Source: Candidatus Omnitrophota bacterium (GTDB lineage: Bacteria; Omnitrophota; Gorgyraeia; Gygaellales; Profunditerraquicolaceae). From it: DNA of 64,000 nt. The translations under genes and the position numbers were made by a program. Positions 1 to 9,611 of this stretch are shown piece after piece. The stretch lies in contig JAUSED010000002.1 in assembly GCA_030650425.1 (NCBI GenBank), forward strand, positions 2,388 through 66,387, read 5' to 3'. Positions within the stretch are counted from its first letter, which is position 1, and the number at the start of each line of letters is the position of its first letter. Under the pieces are notes generated by a model. That model did not search any database. It was not told the DNA's origin and worked only from the letters and a program-made list of their open reading frames with translations.

Positions 1-3000
1 TTACAGCATAGGTACCGGTTGTGCCTAAGAAGACAGGATTTTTGATCCCGGAAATAACAATGCTTGGTGTAGCTGCGGCGCTAATCGCTGTGCCGGTTGT
101 AATGGTTAAGGTCTGATTAGAAGCTGCGACAGTTGAACCAGTGTTACCTGAGACATAAGCTAAGGAGCCGCTTAGATCGTAGTTGGCATTAAAGTCTACT
201 TCGATCTTGCCGCCGGAAGCAATAGGATTAGCCGTGGTAAAAGCAATCGTATGATTGGTAGTTGCTCCGGCTTTCAACGAGGCTGGGGTAATGCTGGGAG
301 TAATCAGCGCGCCGGCATTAACCACCACACTCCCTGATACGCCGGTCTTAGCGGCAGTATCTGTAGCGGTTAAAGTAATTGTTTCAGCGATGGTGTCTTT
401 GGCATAAACCGTCGCCACGCCTGTAGCTAAAGTATAGGTGGTAGTGGTGGTAGTATAGGTATTATCCGTATAGAATAAGGCCGAGCCGGAATTAGTCATC
501 GTCACTACGGTCGATGAATCTGTAGTAACGGTGTTATTAACGCTGTCTTTAGCTGTGGCTGTAGCTGACCAACCTGTGCCGGCAGTCTGCGGAGTCGCGC
601 TGGTTATCACATAAGAAGCAATGGCGCTGGGATTAACCACCACATTGCTGCTGGTACCGGTCTTGGTATTAGCATCGGTCGCGGTGATGGTAATCGTCTG
701 GCTAGTCGCGTCTCTGACATAGACCGTCGCCGTACCGCTGGCAAGAGTATAGGTAGTAGTGGTGGTATTGTAGTTGTTATCAGTGTAGAATAGCGCGGCG
801 CCGGAGTTAGTCATCGTTACCACTGTAGATGAGTCTGTGCTCACCGTGTTATTATAGGTATCCTTAGCTGTAACTGTCGCTGACCAGCCTGTGCCGGCGG
901 TTTGCGGAGTTGCGCTAGTTACCACATAAGAAGCGATGGTTGGGCTGGGGTTGACCACTACATTACTGCTTACCCCGGTCTTGATATTAGCATCGGTCGC
1001 GGTGATGGTAATCGTCTGGGCAGTAGTATTTTTAAGATAGATCGTTGCTGTGCCGCTGGCAAGAGTATAAGTAGTGGTGGTGGTAGTATAAGTGTTATCA
1101 GTGTAGAATAACGCCGCTCCGGAGTTAGTCATGGTTACCACTGTTGATGAATCTGAGCTAACTGTGTTATTCAGGCTGTCTTTGGCTGTAACCGTAGCTG
1201 ACCAGCCAGTGCCGGCGGTTTGGGGAGTCGCGCTGGAGACAGTATAGTGGTCAATCGCAGCCGCGCTCACTACTACATCCGTGCTGGTGGCTGAAGTATA
1301 ACCACTGTTAGGATAGGTTACGTTGATCAGGTCTAAGCTGGGGGTAGCGTTAGCATCTGTAGTTGCTAAACTGGCGGCAAAATCTAAGGTAGTGGTGGTA
1401 GTGGGAACAAAGCCTCCGCTGGATTGCCATTGGCTGCGGGTGATCCCTTCTAAGGTAGTTTTGGAGATGCCGTTGGTGGCGATATTACCCAGTGTGGAAG
1501 CTGTCCAGCTAGAACCATCCCAATATTTCCAAGTTGTCCGGCCGTCAAAGGAAACCAGATATTTGATGGAGGTATTCGCGGGCGTAGTCTGGGTCAGCGA
1601 AGCGCTGGATAAACCGGTCCAGCTGGAAGTATTGATCTGCGAGCCGGCGGCAGTAGTAACATAATAAGCTTGGGAAGTGGGGTAAGTAAGCGCGGGGAAT
1701 TCATAAATTTTTACCTCGGAAAGCGCGCGGCTAATCGAATCCCAGTTCGGGCCTCTTAAAACCATTTTCAAATAACGGGTGCTCACATTTAAACTTATAT
1801 TTATGTACTGGGCGCCCTGGGTTGCCAAAACATCATGGGTGATCACCAAAGTCCAGTTACTGCTGTCCGGAGAACTATAGACATCCACATATTTGGGAAG
1901 ATACCAATTTTGGACAGTATCATATCCCATCCAAGGAGTGATTTTACTCACCAGCTTGGTGGTCGTTAAATCAAAAACGTAAGACCAATCAAGCGTGGAG
2001 TTAGTGCTTGTGTTCGTCAAACAACACTGGCCAAAAGTAGCAATCCCGTCAGATAGGCAAGCAGGAGGCGTGGTGGTAAGCGTGCCGTTTTGATAATAAG
2101 TGGCTTCGGTAATCGTATAGCTTACCTGCTGTTCTCCTGAACCGGTTGACTTCAGAGCTACTGCTCCGCTGGCAAAGGCTGTGCCATTTGTCCCATCCTG
2201 TTGAGTATAATTACCCGCAGTAGTAAAATCCACACTGCTATCCGCGCTAGCTCTCTCAGCCTTAATGTTCATCGTTTCTGCCTTATTATAGGAAAGGCCG
2301 GAGAAGGTAGCTACGCCATCAACTACGGTAGCAGTTAAGTTGGCTCCTTGGAGTGTATCTGTGCCGGTTGCGCCGCGGGATAAGGTAATACTGGTTGAGT
2401 CGTCCGTGATGATCGTATTGCCTAAGCTATCCTGCACCGCTACCTTAGGCTGTTGAATAAAGGCTACGCCTGCTGTAGCTGTGCTGGAAGGCTGCTGGGT
2501 AAAACCGAGTTTACTGGCTGCGCCGGCATTAACTACCACATTGCTGCTAGTGCCGGTCTTGGTATTAGCATCAGTTGCGGTGATGGTGATGGTTTGAACG
2601 GTGTTATCCTTGACATAAATCGTCGCTGTGCCGCTGGCAAGGGTGTAGGTGGTGGTCGTAGTGGTATAAGTGTTATCAGTGTAGAATAGCGCGGCCCCGG
2701 AGTTAGTCATGGTTACCACTGTAGATGAGTCTGTGCTCACCGTGTTATTCCCGGCATCCTTAGCTGTAACTGTCGCTGACCAGCCAGTGCCGCTAGTCTG
2801 CGGAGTTGCGCTGGTGACAGTATAAGAGGCGATTGCCCCGGGATTAACCACCACATTACTGCTTACCCCGGTCTTGGAATTCGCATCGGTTGCGGTTAAG
2901 GTAATCGTCTGGGCAGTTGCGTCTTTGACATAGATAGTTACTGTGCCGCTGGCAAGGGTGTAGGTGGTGGTCGTTGTGGTATAAGTGTTATCAGTGTAGA

Positions 3001-6000
3001 ATAGCGCGGCCCCGGAGTTAGTCATGGTTACCACTGTAGATGAGTCTGTGCTCACTGTGTTATTCCCGGCATCCTTAGCTGTAACTGTCGCTGACCAGCC
3101 TGTGCCGGCGGTCTGCGGAGTTGCGCTGGTGACAGTATAAGAGGCGATGGCGCCGGCGCTAACCACCACATTATTACTGGTGGCTGAAGTATAGCTGGCA
3201 TGGTTTACGCTAATCAGGTCTAAGGTAGGAGTGGCGCCGGCATCTGTACTTGCTAAACTGGCGGCAAAATCTAAGGTCGTGGTGGTAGAAGGAACAAACC
3301 CTCCGGTAGATTGCCACTGGCCGCTCGTGATCCCTTCTAAGGTCGTTTTGGAGATGCCATCGGTAGCGATACTAGCGAGGGCAGAAGCTGCCCAGCTAGA
3401 GCCATTCCAATATTTCCAAGTTGTCCGGCCGTCAAAAGAAACCAGATACTTGATCGAGGTATTCGTCGGTGTGGTTTGGGTTACCGCGGCGCTGGATAAA
3501 CCGGTCCAGCTGGAAGTATTGATCTGTGAGCCGGCGGCAGTAGTTACATAATAGGCTTGAGAAGTAGGGTAACTAGAAATAGCATAGGCTGAAGTTGGAG
3601 GCGTAAAATTAGCTGTCCATCTGGCGATGCCTTTAGAGACGCGCAGTTCGTCCATATATCCTTTAAGATAACCGCTAAAATCCGCTTCAAGGCCGATACT
3701 TAAACCGCTGGCAAAATCAGGTATGGCATTGGTAATCGTATCGTTAGTTCCTCCTAATTTTTGGCCGTCAACGTAAAGGCTGAAAAGATTGCCATTCCTC
3801 ACCACCGCTACATGATACCAGGTATTGATTGACGGCGACCAGGTGCGGGTAATCCCGACCGCGGTCGGATACCAATCAAATCTCAAAAGTGAGTTGGAAC
3901 TGGTATAACAAAATCTCCAAAAAGTAGAACCATTGGCATACTGTTCAATGAAGCCGCAATTGCGTATTTCCGTAAAATAAACCCAAAAATCAATGGTGAA
4001 ATCTCCTGCGTCAAAGAACCAGTCCGCGCTATCCGCAGCACTTAGATAATTTCCTCCTCCTCCGTCTTGATAAGCGCTGTACCCGCCGAATTTACTTTGG
4101 GTGTTACTCCGGCTGTCTGTGCCGTTGATGGTTATGCTGTGCGGCGCGCTGCTGCTATCGGTCAGGCCCGTATCATCCATATGCATCAGTAATTGCGTGT
4201 TGGCATCGCTGGTTCCGTGCAAGATTACTGTGCCGCTAGAAAAATCCGTGCCAGAGGTCGCGTCCTGCTGGGTATAGTTGGCCTCTGTAGTAAAATTCAG
4301 GCTGCTGTCCGCGGAAGCTGCATCAGCCTTGATAGTCATCGTCTCAGCCTTGTTGTAGTACAGGCCGTTGAAAGTTGCCAAACCGCTTGAGGCAGTTGCA
4401 GTCAATGTGCCTTGCAGGGTATCTGTGCCGGTTGTGCCGCGGGATAAGGTAATACTGGTTGCGTTGTCTGAAGTAACGGTGTTGCCATAGGCATCCTGAA
4501 CAGCCACAATCGGCTGCGTACCAAAAGCCGTGCCTGCTGTAGCTGTGGCTGAAGGCTGTTGGGTAAAACCGAGTTGTGTGGCGGTTGAAGCGCCTATGCT
4601 TATGGTTCCTGTAGCATCACCCGTTAACGTTGCGTGGGTCGCGGTAACCGTCCCTGAACCTGTATTGTTTACGCCCGGCTGGAGAATAGTGGACGCGCCT
4701 GAAGCAGCGCTTAACCAAGCGCTGTTCAGGGTCCCGGTTACACCCCAAGTTACCGACTGATCTGCTACATAAGTATTGGTATTATCATATTCCGCGGCAT
4801 AGAGGGTTAAAGTATCCTGATTGGCAACCAATGACGCGGTAGTTACCTCGCTTCCCCCTCCTGACGCGGCATTTCTTATAGTGATATGATCCTTCGTCTT
4901 CCACGCCGCGTAACGGTATATGGTGTTGCTAGGGCTATTCACGCTCGTGCCGCTTCCGACGCTAAACCCGTCGCTAATACTATCTTTAATTCCAGTACCA
5001 CCGGTGATATTCGCGGTATTGGCAAAATATTGACAATTATCCGCTGCCAAGGAATCACTCCGCTGCACCGCGTTTACGGTATTATTTCCCTTAACCCAAA
5101 CCAAATCAGGCTGGAATCCTACTCCGGTAATATCTTTACTCGCCTGCGCGTCCGCAGTGTAAGAACCGACGCTAAAATTATCGTCGGCTTTAAAGGCAAA
5201 CCACCAATAGATAGCTTGGTCGGTATTAACATAACCACCGTAGCCTATCTGGAACCCGTCCGGCTCTAACGCCTGAATAATATTTGATGTTTCCGCTACG
5301 CTGCCAAATAAAGAGGATGAATCGCCCGTATGATTGGAAGTCCTCCAGACACCCCCATTCGCGGTAGAAGCCTTAATCACCACTAAATCCGGCTGAAAAC
5401 CTAGCCCGGTAATCGAACGGTTATCTAAAGCGTTACCCGCATAACTGCCTACTTGAAAATCAACCGCGCCTGTGCTTGGTATATCAAATGCCTCCCAGTA
5501 ATAAGTCCCGGCGCTGGTATTCACTGTAGCGTGCGTCCCCACAGTAAACCCGTCGCTGTCTAAAGAGGTGACCGCTCCGCTAAGATCAGCAGTCCCTGTA
5601 GATAGATAAGCTGACCTATCGCCATACATCGCCGAGCTTCTAAACACAGCGTAATCTGTGGTAATGCTTTTAATGATCACTAATTCCGGCTGAAAACCTA
5701 GCCCGCTGATCGACTGAGCAGAGCCGGTCCCGCTATATGAACCTTTGGCCAGATTAAAACTACCTGTGGCAGCAGCAGCTGCCTGTTCCGCGAAAGCGGC
5801 GTAATAATAAGTATAATTTACTGTATTAACATTTCCGCCAGTCCCAACCTGAAAGCCGTCGCCAGCCGGCTGCTCTAATGATTGGATTGCGTTTACCCCA
5901 TTACCCACAGCTGTAAAGTAACCGCTGGAATCGCCTTTTAAGGAAGAACAGCTAAACATCGCTGAGTCAGTAACGGTATCTTTCACAAAAACAAAACCCG

Positions 6001-9000
6001 GCTTAAAGCCTACGCCTGAAATATTCCGGTCATCTGTGCTGTCACCGGTATAGCTGCCGACTTTAATCGAACCCGCTGCCTGCTTAAAAGCCGCATACCA
6101 GTAATTTGTTGAGCCGGCATTCACCTGAGCATCTGTGCCCACAGTAAAACCATCGCTGACAAAAGCGGTAATCTGGTCCGCTCCCTGAGATTGGCCGTTA
6201 AAATAAAGTGAGTTGCTGCCGCTTACATCCGCGGTCCTCCAAACTCCTAAGTTAAGGCCTGAACTTTTAACCCAAACCAAATCCGGCTGGAAGCCTACGC
6301 CGGTAATATCATGGCCGGCGCCTGTGCCGCTATAGGTGCCGACTTTAAAATAACCGTTTCCTGAACCGCTAAAGGCAATCCACTGATAAGCTGTTCCCGC
6401 GTTATTTACCGCGGTATTCGTGCCTAAGGTAAATCCACCGCTATCTAAGGAAGTAATCCCGCCGCTAAAATCCGCGCTGGCAACTCCCAGATAAGCCGTC
6501 GTATCTCCGGTCATCGCTGAACTCCTAAAGACTAAGCCGGCTGTGCTGCTCGCTGATTTAACCATCACCAAATCCGGCTGGAACCCTACGCCGGTAATCG
6601 CGAGGCTCGCGCCGGTACCGATATAGGTTCCGGTTTTCAGGGTGGGAACGCCGGCAGTGGTATTTAAGGTAGTAAAATTCCAAGTGGTCGTATCGCTAAT
6701 CCCGGCATAGGCAAGGCCTGCCGTATCCTTGAAACAAGTACCGGCTATCTGAACATAATAACCTGTATTATAGTTAAAGTCGGACGTAGGATTAATGTTA
6801 ATTGTTTTTGTGCCGCTGCCGGTTACCTGACTGGAGGTAACCGCGATGGTTTCTACGGTAGAGTTATCCGAAGATTTTTTAATCACAATATTGCCGGTAT
6901 TGATATCTACCGGCTCAGCGAAGTTAATAATCAGGTTTACGCCTACTCCGGCAGATGTAGCGCCGTCAGCCGGAGAAAAACTGCTTACAGCGGGGTTAGT
7001 AACATCCGCGCTATATACCCGCCACGCCGCGTAACGGTATACGGTTGAGCTGGGGTTATTTACGGCTGTACTATTACCCACAGTAAAGCCGTCGCTAATA
7101 ATATTTTTAAGGTTAGTCGTAGCATTCGCTACATTAGAAAAATATTGGGAATTAGTATCCGTAAAAGAACTGCTCCGGTGCACTCCTTGATTGCCTGCCT
7201 TTGACTTAATCCAGACCAAATCCGGCTGGAACCCTACGCCGGTAATGTTTGTGTTATCTGTGTTATTGGCGCTGTAAGAGCCTACGCTAAAATTATTCCC
7301 GGCTTTAAAAGCAAACCACCAATAGGCCACTCCGACGCTGTTCACATAACTTGAGGCGCCTACTTTGAACCCGTCTGTTTCTAATGCCTTGATATTTCCC
7401 GCTTCTTCTGAAGTGGCGTCAAAAAAAGAACAGCGTTCACCCGAATGGCTGGAAGTCTTCCAAACCCCTATGTTTCCATTAGAGGCTTTAATCACCACCA
7501 AGTTAGGCTTAAAACCAACCCCTGTAATTGACCTGTTATCTGTAGAACTACCCAGATAACTGCCTACTTGAAAATCAACCGCGCCTGTGCTTGGTATATC
7601 AAATGCCTCCCAGTAATATGTGCCGCCATTGGTATTTACTGTGGAGTCGGATCCTACAGTAAACCCGTCGCTGTCTAAAGAGGTAACTCCTCCGCTAAGA
7701 TCGCCGGTAGAGGAGTTAGCTAAATAAGCTGACCTGTCGCCATACATCGCTGAGCTCCTAAATACAGCGTAATCTGTGGAAATGCTCTTAATGATCACTA
7801 ATTCCGGCCTAAAGCCTAAGCTTGAGATGGATTGGGTAGTGCCATTACCGCTATATGAGCCTTTGGCCATCGTAAAATTGCCCGCGGCAGCAGCAGCCGG
7901 CGGCCCGCTAAACGCGGCATAATAATAAGTAGAACTTACCGCGTTAACATAAGCATTAGTCCCCACTTGGAACCCGTCGCCGGCTGGCGTATCCAGTGAT
8001 TGAATAACATCTGAAACATTGGCAGCGGCTGTAAATAAAGGGGAATAATCGCCGATTATCGAGCGGCAGCTAAACGCGCCCAAGTTAGTAGTGGTATTTT
8101 TTATCAAGACAAAACCCGGGTTAAAGCCTACACCTGAAATATTTTTATTATCAGTTCCATCACCGGTATAAGTACCCACCTTCATTGAACCTGAAGCTTC
8201 TTTAAAGGCCACATAATAGTAAGCTACTGTGTCGGTATTTACCTCGGCATCTGTGCCTAAGCTAAATCCATCGCTGACAAAGCCGGTGATCCGGTTAGCT
8301 GCCTGGGCCGTGCCGGAAAAATAAAGAGAGTTGGTAGAACTCACATCCTTAGTTTTCCAAATCCCTAGATTAGCGCCTGAGCTTTTAACCCAGGCTAAGT
8401 CCGGCTGGAAACCAATGCCGGTAATATCTCTGCTAATGCCGTTGCCGGTGTAAGTGCCGACCTTGAAACAACCGTTTCCTGAACCGCCAAAGGCAATCCA
8501 CTGATAAGCTGTGGCTGTTACCGCGTAATTTACACTGGCGTCCGTGCCCACAGTAAACCCGTCGCTGTCTAAAGAAGCAATCCCGCCGCTGAAATTCGCG
8601 CTGGCAACTCCCAGATAAGCCGTGCTATCCGCGGCCATCGCCGAAGTTGTAAAAACCGCGGCGCCCGCGGTAGTAGCTGCTTTAATGATTACCAGATCCG
8701 GCTGGAAGCCCAAGCCGGTAATCGAGAGGCTCGCGCCGGTGCCGACATAAGTGCCGGTTTTCATTGCCGGCAGCCTTGTGGAATTAGTAAGTGTTCCGTC
8801 AGCCCCGCCTGTGCCGTTGGTGCCTTTGGTTACAGAGGGGCTTCCGCTAAAGGTACTTGTACTGCTATAAATCGCGATTCTTCCGCCGCCGCCTCCGCCG
8901 CCAGCCGAGGCTGTCGCGCCGCCATTGCCTCCGTTAGCCGTAATCGCGCCTGAACCGGCTAAGGCCGCGCAGTTAATCTGGATACTTCCGCCTGAACCGC

Positions 9001-9598
9001 CGCCGCCTGAACCTGCGGCTGCTGAGCCGGCAGTTCCATTAGCTGAAATCCCGCCGTTCACTGTAACCGTTCCGCTGACAGCTAATTTGATCGCTCCGCC
9101 GCCTGCGCCGCCTGCGGCTGCTGCTCCTCCGCCGCCGCCAGAACCTATGTTGCTAGGAGCAGTAGATGAGCCATAGGTTGTGCCGCCTGCGCCGCCGCTT
9201 GTTCCGCTAGCGCCTGCGCCGCCATAACCTCCGCCTCCGCCTCCGCCAGTAGCGCTTCCTACGCCTGCGCCTGTGCCTGTGCCGCTCGCGCCTGCCGCGC
9301 CGCCAGCATAACCTTGGCCATCCGCGGAAATGCTCGCGCCCAGATCAACCGTAACACTGGTGGCATTAATGATTACTCCGTTAGCGCCGCTAGACTGCAA
9401 GGTAAGAATAGCGTTATTTGAGATCGTCAGGTTACCGTAATTATAGGTTCCGCTAGCCCAACTGGTATTAGTAGTTATATTAAGGTCAACGCCGGCAGAA
9501 TCAACACTCTTCTGGTTAAGCAGTAGGAATAATACGCTTAGCGCGCTAAAGATAACCAGTAAACCTGTCTTCACTCTGCCTCTATTGATTTTACTCAT
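1..9598 (-). CDS. Giant secreted/surface protein (>3,199 aa, runs off the left edge): signal/TM segment, Gly-rich region, 12 phage-tail-like repeats, Ig-like repeats, LamG and F5/8C lectin domains
   Basis: ATG at 9598 with GAGG RBS. Starts MSKINRGRVKTGLLVIFSALSVLFLLL. Segments translated by hand along its length are in one frame, ending ...NPVFLGTTGTYAV at base 2. Probably absent from the ORF track because there is no stop in the window. Confidence 0.93.
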   Translation of the reverse strand, partial: MSKINRGRVKTGLLVIFSALSVLFLLLNQKSVDSAGVDLNITTNTSWASGTYNYGNLTISNNAILTLQSSGANGVIINATSVTVDLGASISADGQGYAGGAAGASGTGTGAGVGSATGGGGGGGYGGAGASGTSGGAGGTTYGSSTAPSNIGSGGGGGAAAAGGAGGGAIKLAVSGTVTVNGGISANGTAGSAAAGSGGGGSGGSIQINCAALAGSGAITANGGNGGATASAGGGGGGGRIAIYSSTSTFSGSPSVTKGTNGTGGADGTLTNSTRLPAMKTGTYVGTGASLSITGLGFQPDLVIIKAATTAGAAVFTTSAMAADSTAYLGVASANFSGGIASLDSDGFTVGTDASVNYAVTATAYQWIAFGGSGNGCFKVGTYTGNGISRDITGIGFQPDLAWVKSSGANLGIWKTKDVSSTNSLYFSGTAQAANRITGFVSDGFSLGTDAEVNTDTVAYYYVAFKEASGSMKVGTYTGDGTDNKNISGVGFNPGFVLIKNTTTNLGAFSCRSIIGDYSPLFTAAANVSDVIQSLDTPAGDGFQVGTNAYVNAVSSTYYYAAFSGPPAAAAAGNFTMAKGSYSGNGTTQSISSLGFRPELVIIKSISTDYAVFRSSAMYGDRSAYLANSSTGDLSGGVTSLDSDGFTVGSDSTVNTNGGTYYWEAFDIPSTGAVDFQVGSYLGSSTDNRSITGVGFKPNLVVIKASNGNIGVWKTSSHSGERCSFFDATSEEAGNIKALETDGFKVGASSYVNSVGVAYWWFAFKAGNNFSVGSYSANNTDNTNITGVGFQPDLVWIKSKAGNQGVHRSSSFTDTNSQYFSNVANATTNLKNIISDGFTVGNSTAVNNPSSTVYRYAAWRVYSADVTNPAVSSFSPADGATSAGVGVNLIINFAEPVDINTGNIVIKKSSDNSTVETIAVTSSQVTGSGTKTININPTSDFNYNTGYYVQIAGTCFKDTAGLAYAGISDTTTWNFTTLNTTAGVPTLKTGTYIGTGASLAITGVGFQPDLVMVKSASSTAGLVFRSSAMTGDTTAYLGVASADFSGGITSLDSGGFTLGTNTAVNNAGTAYQWIAFSGSGNGYFKVGTYSGTGAGHDITGVGFQPDLVWVKSSGLNLGVWRTADVSGSNSLYFNGQSQGADQITAFVSDGFTVGTDAQVNAGSTNYWYAAFKQAAGSIKVGSYTGDSTDDRNISGVGFKPGFVFVKDTVTDSAMFSCSSLKGDSSGYFTAVGNGVNAIQSLEQPAGDGFQVGTGGNVNTVNYTYYYAAFAEQAAAAATGSFNLAKGSYSGTGSAQSISGLGFQPELVIIKSITTDYAVFRSSAMYGDRSAYLSTGTADLSGAVTSLDSDGFTVGTHATVNTSAGTYYWEAFDIPSTGAVDFQVGSYAGNALDNRSITGLGFQPDLVVIKASTANGGVWRTSNHTGDSSSLFGSVAETSNIIQALEPDGFQIGYGGYVNTDQAIYWWFAFKADDNFSVGSYTADAQASKDITGVGFQPDLVWVKGNNTVNAVQRSDSLAADNCQYFANTANITGGTGIKDSISDGFSVGSGTSVNSPSNTIYRYAAWKTKDHITIRNAASGGGSEVTTASLVANQDTLTLYAAEYDNTNTYVADQSVTWGVTGTLNSAWLSAASGASTILQPGVNNTGSGTVTATHATLTGDATGTISIGASTATQLGFTQQPSATATAGTAFGTQPIVAVQDAYGNTVTSDNATSITLSRGTTGTDTLQGTLTATASSGLATFNGLYYNKAETMTIKADAASADSSLNFTTEANYTQQDATSGTDFSSGTVILHGTSDANTQLLMHMDDTGLTDSSSAPHSITINGTDSRSNTQSKFGGYSAYQDGGGGNYLSAADSADWFFDAGDFTIDFWVYFTEIRNCGFIEQYANGSTFWRFCYTSSNSLLRFDWYPTAVGITRTWSPSINTWYHVAVVRNGNLFSLYVDGQKLGGTNDTITNAIPDFASGLSIGLEADFSGYLKGYMDELRVSKGIARWTANFTPPTSAYAISSYPTSQAYYVTTAAGSQINTSSWTGLSSAAVTQTTPTNTSIKYLVSFDGRTTWKYWNGSSWAASALASIATDGISKTTLEGITSGQWQSTGGFVPSTTTTLDFAASLASTDAGATPTLDLISVNHASYTSATSNNVVVSAGAIASYTVTSATPQTAGTGWSATVTAKDAGNNTVSTDSSTVVTMTNSGAALFYTDNTYTTTTTTYTLASGTVTIYVKDATAQTITLTATDANSKTGVSSNVVVNPGAIASYTVTSATPQTSGTGWSATVTAKDAGNNTVSTDSSTVVTMTNSGAALFYTDNTYTTTTTTYTLASGTATIYVKDNTVQTITITATDANTKTGTSSNVVVNAGAASKLGFTQQPSSTATAGVAFIQQPKVAVQDSLGNTIITDDSTSITLSRGATGTDTLQGANLTATVVDGVATFSGLSYNKAETMNIKAERASADSSVDFTTAGNYTQQDGTNGTAFASGAVALKSTGSGEQQVSYTITEATYYQNGTLTTTPPACLSDGIATFGQCCLTNTSTNSTLDWSYVFDLTTTKLVSKITPWMGYDTVQNWYLPKYVDVYSSPDSSNWTLVITHDVLATQGAQYINISLNVSTRYLKMVLRGPNWDSISRALSEVKIYEFPALTYPTSQAYYVTTAAGSQINTSSWTGLSSASLTQTTPANTSIKYLVSFDGRTTWKYWDGSSWTASTLGNIATNGISKTTLEGITRSQWQSSGGFVPTTTTTLDFAASLATTDANATPSLDLINVTYPNSGYTSATSTDVVVSAAAIDHYTVSSATPQTAGTGWSATVTAKDSLNNTVSSDSSTVVTMTNSGAALFYTDNTYTTTTTTYTLASGTATIYLKNTTAQTITITATDANIKTGVSSNVVVNPSPTIASYVVTSATPQTAGTGWSATVTAKDTYNNTVSTDSSTVVTMTNSGAALFYTDNNYNTTTTTYTLASGTATVYVRDATSQTITITATDANTKTGTSSNVVVNPSAIASYVITSATPQTAGTGWSATATAKDSVNNTVTTDSSTVVTMTNSGSALFYTDNTYTTTTTTYTLATGVATVYAKDTIAETITLTATDTAAKTGVSGSVVVNAGALITPSITPASLKAGATTNHTIAFTTANPIASGGKIEVDFNANYDLSGSLAYVSGNTGSTVAASNQTLTITTGTAISAAATPSIVISGIKNPVFLGTTGTYAV
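320..1245 (-). repeat. Three tandem ~315-bp (~105 aa) Ig-like repeats in the giant protein
   Basis: Motif ATPQTAGTGWSATVTAKD...MTNSGAALFYTD...YTLASGTATIY recurs; TAGAAT anchor at 471, 786 and 1104. Confidence 0.9.
2530..3140 (-). repeat. Two more copies of the ~105-aa Ig-like repeat
   Basis: Near-identical DNA; anchors at 2682 and 2997 (315 bp apart). Confidence 0.9.
4900..8765 (-). repeat. Two blocks of six ~98-aa repeats (GTYTGxG..ITGxGFQPDLVxIK..DGFTVG..YxWxAF) separated by an Ig-like domain
   Basis: GFxP motifs near 8705, 8405, 8125, 7810, 7510, 7225 and near 6580, 6290, 6005, 5695, 5395, 5115; blocks offset by ~2.1 kb. Confidence 0.85.
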
Positions 9599-9611
9599 CT
9601 TTCTCGCCTCA

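Noticed and set aside
1250-3575. Diversity-generating retroelement template/variable repeat pair in the giant gene
   Set aside because: Both copies are in-frame coding, differences are not confined to adenines, and no reverse transcriptase is in the window.
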